64,000 nt of DNA from Eutreptiella sp. 'Long Island Sound 2002' (lineage: Eukaryota; Protista; Euglenida). Shown piece by piece: positions 50,196 through 64,000 of this stretch. The notes below the pieces were generated by a model. That model was given only the letters and a program-made list of their open reading frames with translations. It was not told the DNA's origin and searched no databases. Both the position numbers and the translations under genes were made by a program. Every line of letters starts with the position of its first letter. Within the stretch, counting starts at the first letter, position 1. The DNA lies in contig OZ038378.1 of assembly GCA_964036045.1 (NCBI GenBank), forward strand, positions 12,710,001 to 12,774,000, read 5' to 3'.

Positions 50196-53100
50196 GACAA
50201 CCAAGTTTGGATTGCGCTACATCCAGTGTGTGGGGCTGTACCGAGCAAATACGGCATTGTGAAATGAGTCACCGTGTTACAGGATGTGGCAGGCGTGTCC
50301 ATCCAGCGTTGGGGACAGTGCATTCGGGGTGTGTGCGCTGCCAGCCGTGGTGATTCCTTGGGAATCGCTTTCACTCCAGCCTGAATGTCGCCCAACGACC
50401 AGCCATGTTAACCCCAGGCCCATCCTCTTGTTTCACTTGTAACGTGCCCTGCTTTCAGCGACAAAGGGGGGCAGTTGGCACCAAATCATATTTGCAGGGG
50501 TAAATTTTGCTGTGGCAAATGTGGCAGTGGTCACAGAGTCACCATTGATGCACAGTCGCTACGACGAGGAAAAACTGTGTAGAAATCAGTGGCTTTGTTT
50601 CCCCTCACAAGACCGACGACGATGGAACCTCAAAAGATCATGAGCAACATCTGATTCACTCACAGGCAGGAAAAACGACGTCACAAACACACCAGCTGCC
50701 AACACCTGCAACGGTCCCTGCCCTGAAAAGTAGGGGCCTCCTCTGCCCTGAAAATTTTGTTCATTTTCGCTTGGCCAAATGGGCAGTCAATTTGAGAAAC
50801 CAAATTCCCCTGCAAAAATGATGGTGCACATACCCCCCGCAACACTCCGACCCCATCCCCTGCGCCATCCCCCCCACCCCTATGCGCCATGGTTTGGGGT
50901 GCATTAGCCTTGACACATCTCTAGCAAGAAGCAACGGCCCAGCTGCCACTGGAAATGCAATGAGCAACCACCCTTTGACATTTTCTAATGTTGTCCAATC
51001 ATTTGTTTCCCTCAACTACCATTGTGTCAACACTTCCACCTTGTTGTTTCACACAGGAAGAAGTGATGTGCTTTCCCACAACATTGCAATAAATTGTTAA
51101 GGACAACTGAACCTCATGTTTGAATCGTTTGGGCACTAGCTGTTCTTTTTCTCTCCCTTGGTTGCGTTCATTGTGCAAACAGATTTTGCATCTCATCTCT
51201 TTCCAAAACTAGCCATACGGTGTTCCCTCACAGCACACACACAAACACAGCATGTGCACAACAGGATAACTGTGCGGGAATCATCCTCCGCTGAAAACTT
51301 AATATGTAGAAATCAGAAGATGTACCCTCCCCCACCCCTGTCAAAGCTATGCAAAAGTCCCTAATTCATATGGTCCCTACCCCTTTGACAAGACCATAGC
51401 TTGTGCATACCATGTACAGATACTGACCCACACTTGAGTGAGCACATTATAGAAACTCACCTTCACCTTCACCCGTGTCGCCACCGGCGCCTTGCTCTTT
51501 TGCTAGAACAAGAGCAAGCTTGCAGGTAGGACGTGATTGGGGGGGTCTTGGCCTGTGCCGTAGTGTCACAAGGTTTGTTGCCAGTGCCTGGAGACTACTG
51601 CCGGGCTGACTGGGAGAGGGTGGCGGTTACGGTGACGGCACCCGGTACCCCCTTTCCATTGATGTGGACATGAAGGTTTGAGAGACGGCAGAGTAGTGGA
51701 GGCCCCTGAACAGGGTACCCGGACGTATCACCAGGGCACCGAATCGGGTACCCTTTTTGAGTGACATTCACAACAACACACACAAATGCACTAGAAATGA
51801 GGGCTAGGCATGCAAGCAAGTCATATAATTGCACAACAACGCTCATGGTTATTGATACTAGGCACTACTATGCAGTTTGGGTATGGTCCCGTGGAAACTT
51901 AGTGCACAGTGTGCGCACAGCGCGCAATATGCCCCCATCACACACACACGCGCGCGCGTGCACATAGCATTTAGTAGGTGGCTGCGGAGGCAGGTTTTGG
52001 CTTTCCTTTTTGGATGGAGTGTTGTGTGCTAACAGTACATGCATAGCTATTAGCCGTTGACGTTCTAATTGATATCAGTAATAGAAAATCTTCGGGCCTT
52101 CTGTGCCGGGCCTTCTCTGCCGCACCTAGTTGCTTGCATGTGCATGTATGTCCATCCCATTACATTGTAGGGTGCTATCATAGAGAGAAATTGATGTCCA
52201 TTTACCCTCTTGTTTGGTCGTTTTCAGGTTAAGCAAGCTGTGGTAATACTAAAGTCAATGATAGGAATTAATTGAAAAGGGTTCGGCTCACCATGTTCTG
52301 CACTGTGTGCACTAGGCAGTGCAATATCAATGCAATACACAGCCCTCTGGTACCATACAGCAAGCCTTGGCTACACCATCACACACCGCGGGATACCCAA
52401 ACCACGGTTTTGACCCACATAGCCCTTTCTTTCCTTTTTGCATATGCTCCTTGTTGCAAGTTTTTGCTCTACGTGGGCCTGCTGGTGGTGCCACTCTATC
52501 ACTGACATCAACGATAGCTTGTATCATCCAGACTGGGCCCATGAATGCGACGCGATGTTTGTGATCGTTGGCCACGAAGGTGCAAACACATGCCTTTAAG
52601 TCCTCATCAAAAATGGTACTCCATGAGCAACACACCTTAGAATTGAATTGTTGTGGTTTGGCATGGGGTCAAGACCATGTTGGGTATTTGCAAACCTTAC
52701 ATCATGGCCTTGTCCAAGCTACGGCCTTGTTCAATCCACAATGGGTGCAAGAAATATTTGAATTTGGGATCTAGTTTAATTCTTTACCAAAAGTAGAGAG
52801 CCACATAAGACATGGGTTTGGCGATGAATCTGTATGCTCGATAAAATCCTGGACATACCTATGGGGACAATGCATGCTATACTATGGCTGATGTCATTGC
52901 TGCAAGGCACAAAGGTGGACTTGCGGCGGCACATTTGTCCAGCCATGCAAGCGAAACCTCTCGTTGATGTCACTGGTGGCAAGTCACAATCACCAAAACC
53001 ACTGTACAAGAGGTTTGATGGACCTGAGTTCCAAGCTTGCCATCTGTTTTGTGAGGGTTTGCCCACTTGAACCCGCACAGCTTGATTTGAGAAAAATTTT

Positions 53101-56100
53101 GAGCATTATGTTTACTCTTTCTTGCACCAACTCACCATAGAATCGTCTCTTTTTGAATTTGGGTGTCCACTTATGTTCACATGCTCCTCTAGTGACTGTG
53201 TGGATGCAACACTCAAGGGTCCACCGGAGAAGGGCTAGATGTTTGCGGCATTGGAGTATATAGGGCACAATCACACGATATTGTGTTTGGGCTGAGGCAG
53301 CCCTTGGCGTGTGGGGAATGACCCACGGGATTTGAAGCAAGGCAAGTTCATTCCCAACAATTTGAGGATGCCTAAGCCCAAACCAGCCGCTAAACCCAAT
53401 CCAAAGGCCATCAAGTGGTGATCATGTGTAGTTGTTCCCCAGGGTCCATCTTAGTATCTTAGAAAATAAGTGTTTTGAAGCGGAGTATTCATGATTCCGC
53501 CCACCAATAGCCTTCTTGTGCTCCATTGCTTTCCGGAACATGGGTGCGAACCTGAAATTGCATGTACCCATTTCCTTTTTATGTTTGCATGCATCTTGCT
53601 TCGAGGAGAACAAGCATGCAAACAAATAGGCCAAATCTTGGCGCAAGAAAACTAGAGGCCCATCCATGCGGCTCTCGAGGAGAAGTGGAGAGCATGATTG
53701 GAGATTTGGCCACTAGTACCACAAAAGACTCCCAAGTGGTTGAGGTTGAAGAGCATGAAAAATTGTGGCTCCGTGTCCCTCTTCCACAATGCCAACATCC
53801 GTCGCCTTCTATCTTGGCGCTATGTATCGTGACCATGTTCTGTCATTGCGGCAACTCAAAATAGTACGATGCCATAGATTTAGATTGTTGCAAGGAAGCA
53901 ACGGAAAAAACATTCTGAGTGCCATGTTCCACCTTGTGGCCCGCAACCCATCCATTTCCCCCTCCCTATACGCTAGGTTGAATACCAAGACTATGAAGCA
54001 ATTGCGGCACCGCCGTCTTGCTTTAGCCCTTGTTCCTGGATGCGAAAGGAAGTAAAATGATCATGCAACATGTAGACCAGCCCCCTATTGCTCTTGCTAA
54101 GGTTGCTATGTTGTTCGCGCTCCAACGGATGCAGGCAATTCGGAACTTGTCTTGGTGTAGTGTGCATGTGCACTACCACAACTTGCATGCAAACTTGCAC
54201 ATTTTTGCACTCCTGTGATTCTGCTCGGTGCTACCTTGCAATTTGCACAACACTTGCGATATGGCAATGAGGAGAGCAAGGGCCTGCACAATTCAACGTC
54301 CCTCATGTCCGCAACCAGCTGCCCATGGCCTAAGGTAGTAGCAAATTGTGCACGATATGTGTGGACACAACTGGGAAATGCATATGCGCGGTCCGAATTG
54401 GAGCAAACACGTTTTCATCCTGAATGTGAGCCACAACACGTCTCAAATGTACATATGCAACACAAAATGTACTTGGAGCGTTGGACACACAGTTATGACA
54501 AATGTTGATGGCCACGTCTTGCATTGCACTTACTGTCTCCTACAGTTGCACCATGCTCTCGAATTAGCAGACATAGTATTACCGAACACTTTGACGCATA
54601 TGTGTGGGCAATAACTGCTATCATAGACGTCGGTGACAGAAGTGATAATGACCACGGGTGACAAAAACACTTCTAGAAGAATATGTCCCCTGTCATGTGA
54701 GCTTCCTAAATTGTACATCATTGGCCCCTTAGTGTCCATTGTATCGCCAAAATCAGTGATGGAACTAATAATGCCAACGGGTGGCAAAAGACCCCGAGAA
54801 GAATACGTCCACAACTATGTAACCCTCCCTAACTATACATCATTGCCCTCTAGCATCCATTGTAATGGTGAAGCTAGTGATAGCAATGGTAAAATGCAGA
54901 GCTGTTGTGAGACCTAGGCCACATAAAAAAAGTCATCCTTGATGTGAACGATGGCCTCTAACAACACGCAAACAAGATGGGATGAAACAATCCAACGGAA
55001 GTTTTCTCTATCAAAGTTTGTCTATCTGTTGAAATTAGCAATGCAAATATCAATGGTTTGATTCAACAAAATGGCTATAAACAATTTTTGTTACAACGAA
55101 GACCTAGAGTGTGGTACCCCCCCAGCTGGTGGTATCAACACATCTACACTTGAACACACCCTAATCTTGCCGTCAGCGACAGCGTGCACCGATACCCACA
55201 AAACATGTTCACATGTGTCTCCTTAGGTGTACGGTGTTGTATCACTGAAATCAACAACAGGCATATCAGGCATCCTTGGGGCAGCAATGTATGAAAATAA
55301 CGGGCTGGTTTACAATATCTACTTTGGCAATGCTGCACCCATGTTGTACATGTGCAACCAACAACTCACCAGTGCAGTACACACAGCACAACATACATCC
55401 TATTTCCCATGTCGCAATACCCGGCAAAACGGTTTATGTAGCCTTGAAACCCCCCTAAATACATTGGCATATGGTTATGTAGGCCATCACTGATGTCAAC
55501 GATAGCTTGTTTGCAGAATCCGGGATGCGTTGCAGGGCTGCGGCAGCAACCTCTAAATCGGGCCTGCTGCTACCGAACAACCGAGTGATGTTCGTGGATG
55601 ACCACTACTTTCCGTTTCTTCAATGGCTGCCTTGGCTGATGAAGCCTCACCTGCATCTACCTGTCGGTTGGGCACCCGCGCGTCCATTGGCATTGGCTGC
55701 ATTGTGCACCGTAGCAAGTAGCTGTTCCTCAGAGCTCCACTGGTGTGGTCTAGCGTCTTGCGGATTCTCGGCTTGGGTGGACTTCTCAGGCAGGCTCTCG
55801 GCCTCCCCCCCCCCCCCCCCCCCGGCCCGCTCAACATCCCACTCTTGCACGACCTGCCCATGATTGCCAAGGCTGACGACCTTCCGGAGCTGCCCGACAA
55901 CGTCTACTTGGCTTCCATCGACCGGACTGTGATCACTGACACGTTCTAGTCATCAAACCCCTCACTGAGGGCCACAACTCCATCCATGTCACCCAAAGCC
56001 CAAGACACGCGGACACGACACCGTGAAGACTGCACACGTGCACATCACATGCCCAACGCTTTGCACTGGACCGCAATTTGCCGCACCGCGCCCCGCACTC

Positions 56101-59100
56101 AGGTGACTCTGGGCATGGGGTGAAGGTCGCAGTCAAGAGCTTGGGTGCAGGTCTGGGTTAGGGGTGGGGGGGGGGGGGGGCAGCAGGTCAATGAGCAATG
56201 GTCCAATTGGGGACATGTGTTGTTGGTTACCTCCCCATCCATGCCACTGGGATTGGTCTCCCTCCGGAGCTGATGCAATCTCTGTGGCAGCCTGCCCATG
56301 ATCTGCCGGCACCACTGGCCATCATCAGGAATCACATTGGGAAACACCGTGGGCTGATGTTCAGCCGGCCCTTCCTATCTGGTGTACAGGAGAACCTCAA
56401 ATCAGTCCATGGCGCACGGAGTATTTTAAGGTGCACATCGTGCGATTTGCTCCAGCCACTTTATGGTCCAACCCATCACGGGCCCTCAGATAGCCCCTCC
56501 CCCCTCGTTCCTCCAGTCCAAGATACCCCTGGCCCCCAAGTCTCCGGCCCAAACAACTGCTGTTGGACAAGGGCGTCGCATGCGCACGTGCGTGGGAACA
56601 ACAAATGGGAGTCAGGTCCGCAAATCAGAGTCGAAATGGCAGGATAGCAGTCTTGTCGGTCAGTCGGTGGTATTAGGGAACACGCTCAGGCTCTGCCTTG
56701 CCGTGCGAGCGGAGCCTTCATGGAGAGAGGCGCACAACATGACAACGCAGCTGGGGACCGAAGCTCAGGGCCCCAATCGGGTAAGGCGTCATTGAGGACG
56801 GCAGCGGCCGATCCATAGTTCGTGCACCTCGAAACGTTCGAAAGCCAATCCTCTTCTGCGTGCCTCATAAGAGCGAACACGCAGTTCCCCTGGGCCCGCA
56901 GTTGCGAGCGAGTCCTGCATCCCACCCCCCAGACCAGTGTTTAGCCACCCCTTGCCCGGCTCTGGCCACCATATCGCCCCACGCGGCTGCCCCCCCCCCC
57001 ACCCCCAACACACACATGCTCCATCGTGAAAGCAACGGGCCCCCTGATTTACGGGGAACGGGCGGTCCGAGGCCTATGCTGCCTGGCGAAGTCCACCCAA
57101 CTGTCATCGGTGCGCTCTGTCTACGCAATGGTTGTGACTGCCTCGCAGGAGGCGAGGGTGCGAACATGGTAGCGGCTCACTGCCGCGTAGGTGCCTTTGG
57201 CTGGGGGGTGAGGGGAAGGGCTCTTTAAGGGCTGCTCTTAACGGCCGGTGCATGTCTGCGTCGGGCCGGGGGGGGGGGGGGGCATCTCTCGGCGTCTCTT
57301 GAACAAACAGACGTGGGGGGGGGGGGCTTGTCTGGGAATATCGTAACCCCAACCCCCAATGCATCAGCAGCCCCCCAATTCCTTTTCCCATCCCCCGTCG
57401 GGGGCACACACTTGTTGTGGCCCGGGTTAGGGCTGCGTTTAGCATTGGTATAGTCACCCTCGTTTGTTCGTCACTCCAGAGCCAAAAAAGGCGCACCATC
57501 TGACGGGGGGGGGGAGGGGCACACGTGGTTTGGGCACATGTTGAAACTGTGTGGAGGAGGCCACGTGGGACACACAACGGGCCAGCCTGTTCCCGTTGTA
57601 CCCCGAAGGTCATGGGAAGCAGCTGCACTCAGTGGGACCCTCACCGGATTATGTCCCATGTGGCAGACGCTAGTGGCAAGGTGGCTTCAAACGGCCCCTA
57701 TGTGCGGCACAGCCACAACACACACCCCGTCCAAACCGGGCCACAGCAAACACGCCGAACCCAAAATGAGATCCTGAAATGGACGATTCCAAAAGTTGTA
57801 GAAAGAACGCCTACAATGTGTTGTTTGAACAAGACGGTGCGTGTGCAACAACATCCCTCCCCCCCAGCGCGCGTGCGTTACGGACAGACGATCCGCGATC
57901 AAAGCCACTCTGCTTTGAATTGACTTTTTTTTACGCTGTTTCGACTTTTTAACGTCATTTTCTTCGCTTTTTTATTACCGCGGATTTAATGTCTGAAAAA
58001 GCCGGTTCTGTGAACCCATTGCGAAATTGCCGGCCGCCAAGGTCGTGCCTAACACAAGAGCCCCGTCCGTCTCCTCCAGAGGCTCCAGGCAGTCTGTTAC
58101 CTCCGATACGCTAGATCCGAGCCGGCGAACCATATATTTCGAGCTCTCAACTGCGCGCGCGTGTGGGGGGGGGGGGGGGGTATTAAAGAGGGACACCAGC
58201 ATGGGTCAGCAGGGTCAGTTCACGGACAGGATATCGGTGCGTGGGTGTGTGTGCGTGGGTGTGCGAAGGCATCAATTGCCATCTGGCGCAACCTGCGAGG
58301 TTAAACCCCTACTCCCCTACTCCATCTGCAATGAACCATGAGGTCGGAGGCTTTGCTGTGGGCTTGCTGTGCTCAGCACTGATTCACGGCTTCCTTTGCG
58401 CCGCATTAGGCCCTAAGTGGCCTGCAGGACATCACTGCGGAACTCACTGCGGCTGCGGTCAGGCTTCGGGTCTCCGTTCCTCGTCGGCGACGCGAGCAGC
58501 GAGCAACGAGGCCAGTCCCCAAATTGGGGACTTCTGGCAAACCCCCCATCGGAGGAGGGGGTTGGCGCCCGATAGTCATCTACAAGCCCCAACTTGGGAC
58601 CTGGCCAACCCCAAGTCCCCATCCCCCCCCAAACCACCCCAACGGTGGTGGCATTGCCCTGCGAGGGGGCTCCCTTTGGGCTCTGCCCGCTCCTGCCCTC
58701 GAGAGGGCAGGGTCATCATCCCCCCGGGGGGGCCTGCACAGCCTCCGTTCGTTATGCTGCGTTGGTCTTCGGTCAAGATGCAGGCTTTCGCCGACAGGGG
58801 GCCGGCAACCTGAATGCCCTGGGGCTAAGGCGTGGCTCCCATGGAGGCTGTCCGTCTTGCAGGTTCTCCAGCGGTGCACCAGCCCTTCTATGCGTCCCTC
58901 TCCCGCAGGATGGTACTCATGGGGGACGGGGGATGCGCCTCCTCTGGTCAATCGTGTTGGTTCGCGTGCAAATGTGCGTCGTGCGGTGGCTGTGTCCCTG
59001 GGACAATGGGTGTGGGTTGGCATAGTGGGGGGCACCAGGGGTCGTGTTGGTGCACTGGGTTTGGCGCCCGGCCGCCCCTAGGGCACCCATCGGACGTTGG

Positions 59101-61121
59101 CCAGACGGCCACATAACCCCTCGCTGTCTCGGGGCGGTCTGTGGGGGACAAAATGGCATGGACACGGGATTGGCAGCCGGCTCCCCGGGGCAGGCCTTGT
59201 TGCAATCGCAGCTCCCTCGCTCGCTCACGCCTTTCACCGGACCTGCAGTGGCTGTTCAGCCGTGCCGGAAGCCAACTCGGTTCCCCTGAGGCGTCGACCG
59301 ACTGCTCTACGCTGACCATTGTAGGGGGGCTACGGAAACGCGGGTGACGCGGGCGTTTTTGGTGCTTTCGAGAGGCCGCACAGTGTGCCCTCCTGGTCCG
59401 CGTGCTCCAGCACTGGTCCCCTTCCGAGCAAGCCCCTCACTCCTCCTTGACACCTCTCCGCACCGGCGGACAGGGCCCCCACCCGAGGGGTGCACACACA
59501 CACACACAACACGTCCCGATCATGGGGCCCGTCATGCGGCCCACAGCACCAGAAAGCCACGGAGGGTAGTTGGCATTGTCGCACGCCATCAAATCGGCAT
59601 TGGCAAAAGGATCCGGCACCTGCCGTCGGAGGTGGAGGAAGGGCTGCCCGACGGAAGCCAGCGATAAAACTGCTGCACAGCCCAGCGTGGCACGCCAGGC
59701 GACCGGAGACGCATGGCCGGGTCTACCACTGGGGCCTGGTGCGTGGTCAGGCTCCTGCAGCAACCGCAGACGCGTGGTCTAGTCCCAATCGGAGTCGTCG
59801 TCGTCATCCTGCGCCGGCTTCCTTGCCTTAATGCCTGCAAAGAGGGCGGTACAAGCGACGAGTGGGGGCCAAGATGGCGATGTGAGGGGGGCGGTGTGGA
59901 CCAAGAGGGCGCTGCCCGTGACAGCACGTCGTCGCACGCGAGTCTGGGGGCCTCTTGGCGGTCAGGAGGGCTCTTGTGCCGCCCGGAGGGTCCCGTTGCT
60001 GGACCATCCCTCCGATTCACGTTTGGCGTATGGTCCAAGCACATGTTTGTATGTTCACATGAATGAGCCGCCGCCGATGGTGGGCCCTGGTGCCCACAAC
60101 TCTTAGCGTATCGGGTGGAGGGTGGAGGAGGTGGGGCAGCGTCAAGGGGCGGGACTTGTTGGGTGCCACCGGTTTGCCCACAGGCGCGGGGGTCACACGC
60201 TGTGTACCCTCACAACTGCGTGGCACTGGACGCGTTGTAGGTGGGTGCCGCTGCATGTTGTACACGGGACGCGGATGTGAGCGCGCTCGGAGTACAGCGG
60301 AGAGCCTGTGCGAAGCCCACCGTCCCAAGAACGCTCCCACACAAACACAACAGCCAAGAACAGGGGAGGGACAAGATAGGCCAAAATCCAGGACTTGCAG
60401 ATCGGCGGGATGAGCGCGGCATTGGCATGACGCTGCCCGGGCAGCCGGTGTTGCGCGATCGCAGGTCCCTCGCTTGCTCACGCCTGTCTTCCGCCCTGGG
60501 CCACCGCCAGAGCGGACTTCAGTTGTGCTCGGGTCCTCCTGAACGTCAGCCCAATGCCGTATCGTGGAGCTGTGTGGCCCAGAGGTCGCGGCGAGACTGT
60601 GGATGCTGAGGCTGCACCTGAAGCGATACCCCCGCCCCCCCGACATACGGCAGAGCGCAAATGACCCTCGTGACGTCGCGCCACGCTGCACCACCTCCCT
60701 GCGGTGGGGAGACGGTGCCTGCTCGGCCTGAAAAGACGCACAAGCACAATAGGCGCACCAGCACTATGGGCTCTTGTGCGCAACCCGCACTACTCTTTTT
60801 TGTCTTAGCCCAGCCGCCGCTTACAGCCCTGGCCAACTCCAGCCGCCCCACGCATCCACATTGGAAACATCTCCTCAGAAGAAAAAAAGAAATTTATCAA
60901 AGGGGCCCGAAAATGGAGGCAGACTTTAGGTACACAAACCTGTTTTTGGTCTCTGACCCCCCACCCCCCACCCCGGCGTGTCCACCACACTGAGCACCAG
61001 CCTGGAGGGGTCTTCTCAGCTTCCAGGACCCGGGGTTCTCTGGACATGTTGTTCATGCACAAACATGGGCTGAAATCATACAAACACAGCCAGGCACACA
61101 AAAAACCAGGCACAAGCACAC

Positions 61122-61248
61122 TTGCCATCATCGAGTGCATTGAGGCAGCCCGCTCTTGCAACGGTGATGCAGGTGCCGCAGGAGCTTGTGGGGGCTTCGC
61201 ATTACTGGACTTTGGTTTGGATTCATCGTCATCATCGTCCCGTTTTGC
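61122..61248 (-). CDS. candidate exon of a second gene (AKRDDDDDESKPKSSNAKPPQAPAAPASPLQERAASMHSMMA)
   Basis: Acceptor CACGTCTGCAG|, donor |GTGTGC; phase 0 in matches the exon at 62921-63023. Confidence 0.45.
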
Positions 61249-61439
61249 CTGCAGACGTGACCCGGGAGCCCATACCCGATGTACAGCACTGACCCGCCCT
61301 GTGCACAGGCATGTTACAGCAACAAAGGGACACCAGCGTCCCGTGTGCCCATAGATACACTTTACAGGGCCCCTGAGATCCATCCCAAAATGTTGCAGTG
61401 AGATAACTAAAATCCATTACAGGACCCTTCGGAGCGTGC

Positions 61440-62900
61440 CTGTTTACTGTACCAGAGCCCGTCCACACTACACCAGTGCCCATAGGGCTAGCCATCCACT
61501 GTACCAGCCCATGGGCATTGAGTGTTATGAAATCCCAAGTTCGATCCCCGGAAAGACCCCCGCTTAGGGAGGAGGGAGGTAGCAATCACCTCATTGTCAT
61601 GCAGCACTTGTACACGACCAGGGAGCACCACCGCCACCGCGGTACAGTGGATGTCTCTGCCCATGGGCTCTGGTGCAGGGATGTCTGTGCCCATTAAAAC
61701 ACAAAAACAGTGAAACCTACAACAAGCAGAAAAAAACACCATTCAACGGCCATTTGGAGTACTTGCCTACAAATGGTACCAAGTGGGGTGTGCAGAATGA
61801 TTTGTTGATACCATCGCTCTCTACAAAGGTGATACGGCCCCGGCTCGATGGGCAAAGCGTGGCAGGGAACCTCACCCCTCTATCGTGGTTTTGGAGGAGG
61901 GGCGCAATTCCCTCGGCAGGAAGCAGTAGAGCCCCAATGCTGCTGTTGACCAAGGGGAAGCTGCTTGCCAACAAAGGGGCCGGCCCAATCAAGCTCGTTG
62001 GCGCAATCAAGGAAGTACTCCAAAGCAGACCAAAACTGACGCCAAAGTGTGCCTGGGGATGCCCAAGCCACTCTGCGCTGAAAACCACACACACACACAC
62101 ACACACCGTGCAGAGGGGTGCAGTGTGCAAAAAATAGCGTATAACAAGAAAGTGAACCGCCCATCCCATCTGTTGCCTGACTTATTCCGAAGGCACGCCG
62201 CAAGCGACGCAAGGGTGTAGCCCCAGGGGCCTTGGTACAATGCATCTCTGTGCCCATGGGCCCTGTTACAATGGACATCTACACCTGAGGGCACTGGTAC
62301 AGTGCACGTCTCTGCGCCCATGGGCCCTGATAAAGATGATGTCTATGCCCCTTTGCACTGGCGCAGTGCATGTTGCTAACCAGAGGCACAGACATCCATT
62401 GCATCAGGGCCTATGGACATGCACGGCACCAAGGCCAACGGGCACAAACATCTGCTGTATGAGGGCCACTAGGCACAGACATGCACTGTACCAGGGCCCA
62501 GCTGTAGGCAGGCCCATGGCGATCCACTGTATCGGGGCCCATGGGCATAGATGCATGGCCACAGACCCGCATGATATCAAGCCACAGATACCCACTTCAC
62601 CCAAGGCCCATTCGCATCGCCGCCCGCTGCATCAGCGCCCATCGGCACAGATGTACACGGCACCCGGGCCCATGCACACGGACCCCCACTGCATCATGGG
62701 CGCAGATACCCCGTGCACCGGGGCCCAGGGGCACAGCCCTCCACTGTACCAGACTGAACCCCGACCTCAACCCGGACGTTCACTGTATCAGGGCCAGTGG
62801 GCGTCCACTGTACCAGGGCCCACAGGCACAGACACCCACTGCAGCAGTGCGCATGGGCAGAGCCCTCCACCGGATCAGGGGCCATGCACAGGGCAATGGG
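61440..62900. repeat. degenerate 26-28-bp repeat clusters in both orientations
   Basis: Motif GGCACAGACATCCACTGTACCAGGGCCC and its reverse complement recur at 61440-61700 and 62220-62900. Confidence 0.6.
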
Positions 62901-62920
62901 CGTACAGAGGGGCATTGCAC

Positions 62921-63023
62921 CTGAATGCCCTTCCGGCGCACTGCCAACGCCGCCAGAAGCGAGGAATGCACATCCTTCTCCGCATGCCCCGAGGCCGGCG
63001 CCGGGCGGTCGGACTTGCTCACC
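62921..63023 (-). CDS. candidate exon of a second gene (VSKSDRPAPASGHAEKDVHSSLLAALAVRRKGIQ)
   Basis: Acceptor GTCTGCTGTAG|, donor CAG|GTGCAA, 103 nt; joins in frame to 61248. Confidence 0.45.
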
Positions 63024-63752
63024 CTACAGCAGACCACACGGTATGTCTGTCTTGGGAACCCTCTGCCATCCTCGACCACTTGCAGGCCCCCCATCTGGCG
63101 AGGCCAACACCAAGGGGGCCGTGAGTGTCTGTACGCACGCTGTACCACTTGGGATACCCAGTAACTCCCCCACAGTGACGGTGCAGTGCAGTGCCTCGGG
63201 GGGAGCTGACAAACCGCACCGGCCGAGGGACTGCCAAGGCATCACACACCAACTCTCCCCCCGCCCCACATGGCCCCCTGACGTTCGTTGTCCTCCGGCT
63301 CCGGCACAGGTGCCTCTTGTCCGCAGCCTCCGTGGTATCGGGCCGGCGTCACGCCGAAGCGGGGGGGGGGGTCTGGTGGGGCGAGCACTGCACACAGTTC
63401 AATATTTGAAGTCTGTCTTCCGGATCCGTTGAGCGCATTCAGAACTGCGGGTGCGCGCATCCCCCAGGACCATCGCCACTGCTCTGCGGTCACGGCATCC
63501 CATGTGACCCCAGGCCGTACGCCTCATGACATGTCTCCCGGGCCGGACCGCCCGTCCCGATGGTGTCCGCCCCCGGGCAGTCCCCCGCATCACGACCACC
63601 GGCACGCCGGTGGGGAACACGGGCAATGCGCGGAGCGCGCGGCGCCCAATGGCCACACAGTGCGCTGTGCCGTGTCCCGGGGGGCCTCCGCGCGCCCGTA
63701 GTGCATTGCGTCCCATGCCTCATGTCTGACCCACGAATCATCGGCGGCCACT

Positions 63753-64000
63753 TCTGATTTTGTCGCTCGCTGTAAAGCGCTGGGGACCCCCCAGGCAGCA
63801 GGGGTTATGTAGCCACCTGGCCCACTTGTGGGCCACTTCTGATTTGTCCCCTGCTCTGTTGCATTGGGGACCCCCCAGGCGGCAGGGGTTATGTAGCCAC
63901 CCGGCCCTCTTGTGGGCCTTTTCTGATTTTGTCCCCCACTGTGAAGCGTTGGGGTCCCCCCAGGAGGCAGGGGTTATGTAGCCAGCCGGCCCACTTGTGG
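63753..64000. repeat. 84-85-bp tandem repeat, running off the window
   Basis: GGGGTTATGTAGCCA recurs at 63801, 63885 and 63970 with conserved flanks. Confidence 0.9.

Noticed and set aside
49896-50197. R/E/K-rich ORFs
   Set aside because: Explained by a purine-rich tract; no splice or homology support.
58018-58100. Formin FH2-like peptide (VTDCLEPLEETDG...TTLAAGNF)
   Set aside because: A strong donor (GAG|GTAACA) precedes it, so it is probably intronic, and no other FH2 segments were found.
55830-59920. Faint RT-like (VYLASID) and YR-like (WGPRWR) peptides on the plus strand
   Set aside because: Too short and scattered to support a decayed YR element without a profile search.

Overview
This is eukaryotic nuclear DNA, most likely from a euglenid: it carries a near-perfect euglenid spliced-leader (SL) copy, is repeat-rich, and has small GT-AG exons separated by kb-scale introns. 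From left to right the window holds: (1) the 5' part of a decayed Ty3/Gypsy LTR retrotransposon (gag, CCHC knuckle, protease; runs off the left edge); (2) a decayed ORF whose ATG is directly preceded by a genomic SL copy; (3) a tyrosine-recombinase (YR) retrotransposon with gag-YR-RT order between 52-bp direct repeats; (4) a 2.65-kb satellite of alternating 65/62-bp units; (5) an intronless CapA/PGA_cap metallophosphoesterase gene; (6) a minus-strand PLOD-type glycosyltransferase gene, of which five phase-compatible exons could be assembled (28.1-41.3 kb). Its introns hold an hAT MITE, a cluster of (TA)n-associated elements and a fold-back element. Further right are an internally deleted hAT-like element with a CGGBP1-type zinc-finger remnant, several minisatellites and two or three exons of a second gene. 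The most interesting signals are the SL-headed retrocopy, in-frame TGA-C gag/enzyme junctions in both retroelements, and CAG...CTG-ended elements whose 8-bp TSD geometry matches euglenid nonconventional introns. All assignments come from manual reading and motif recognition; no searches were run.
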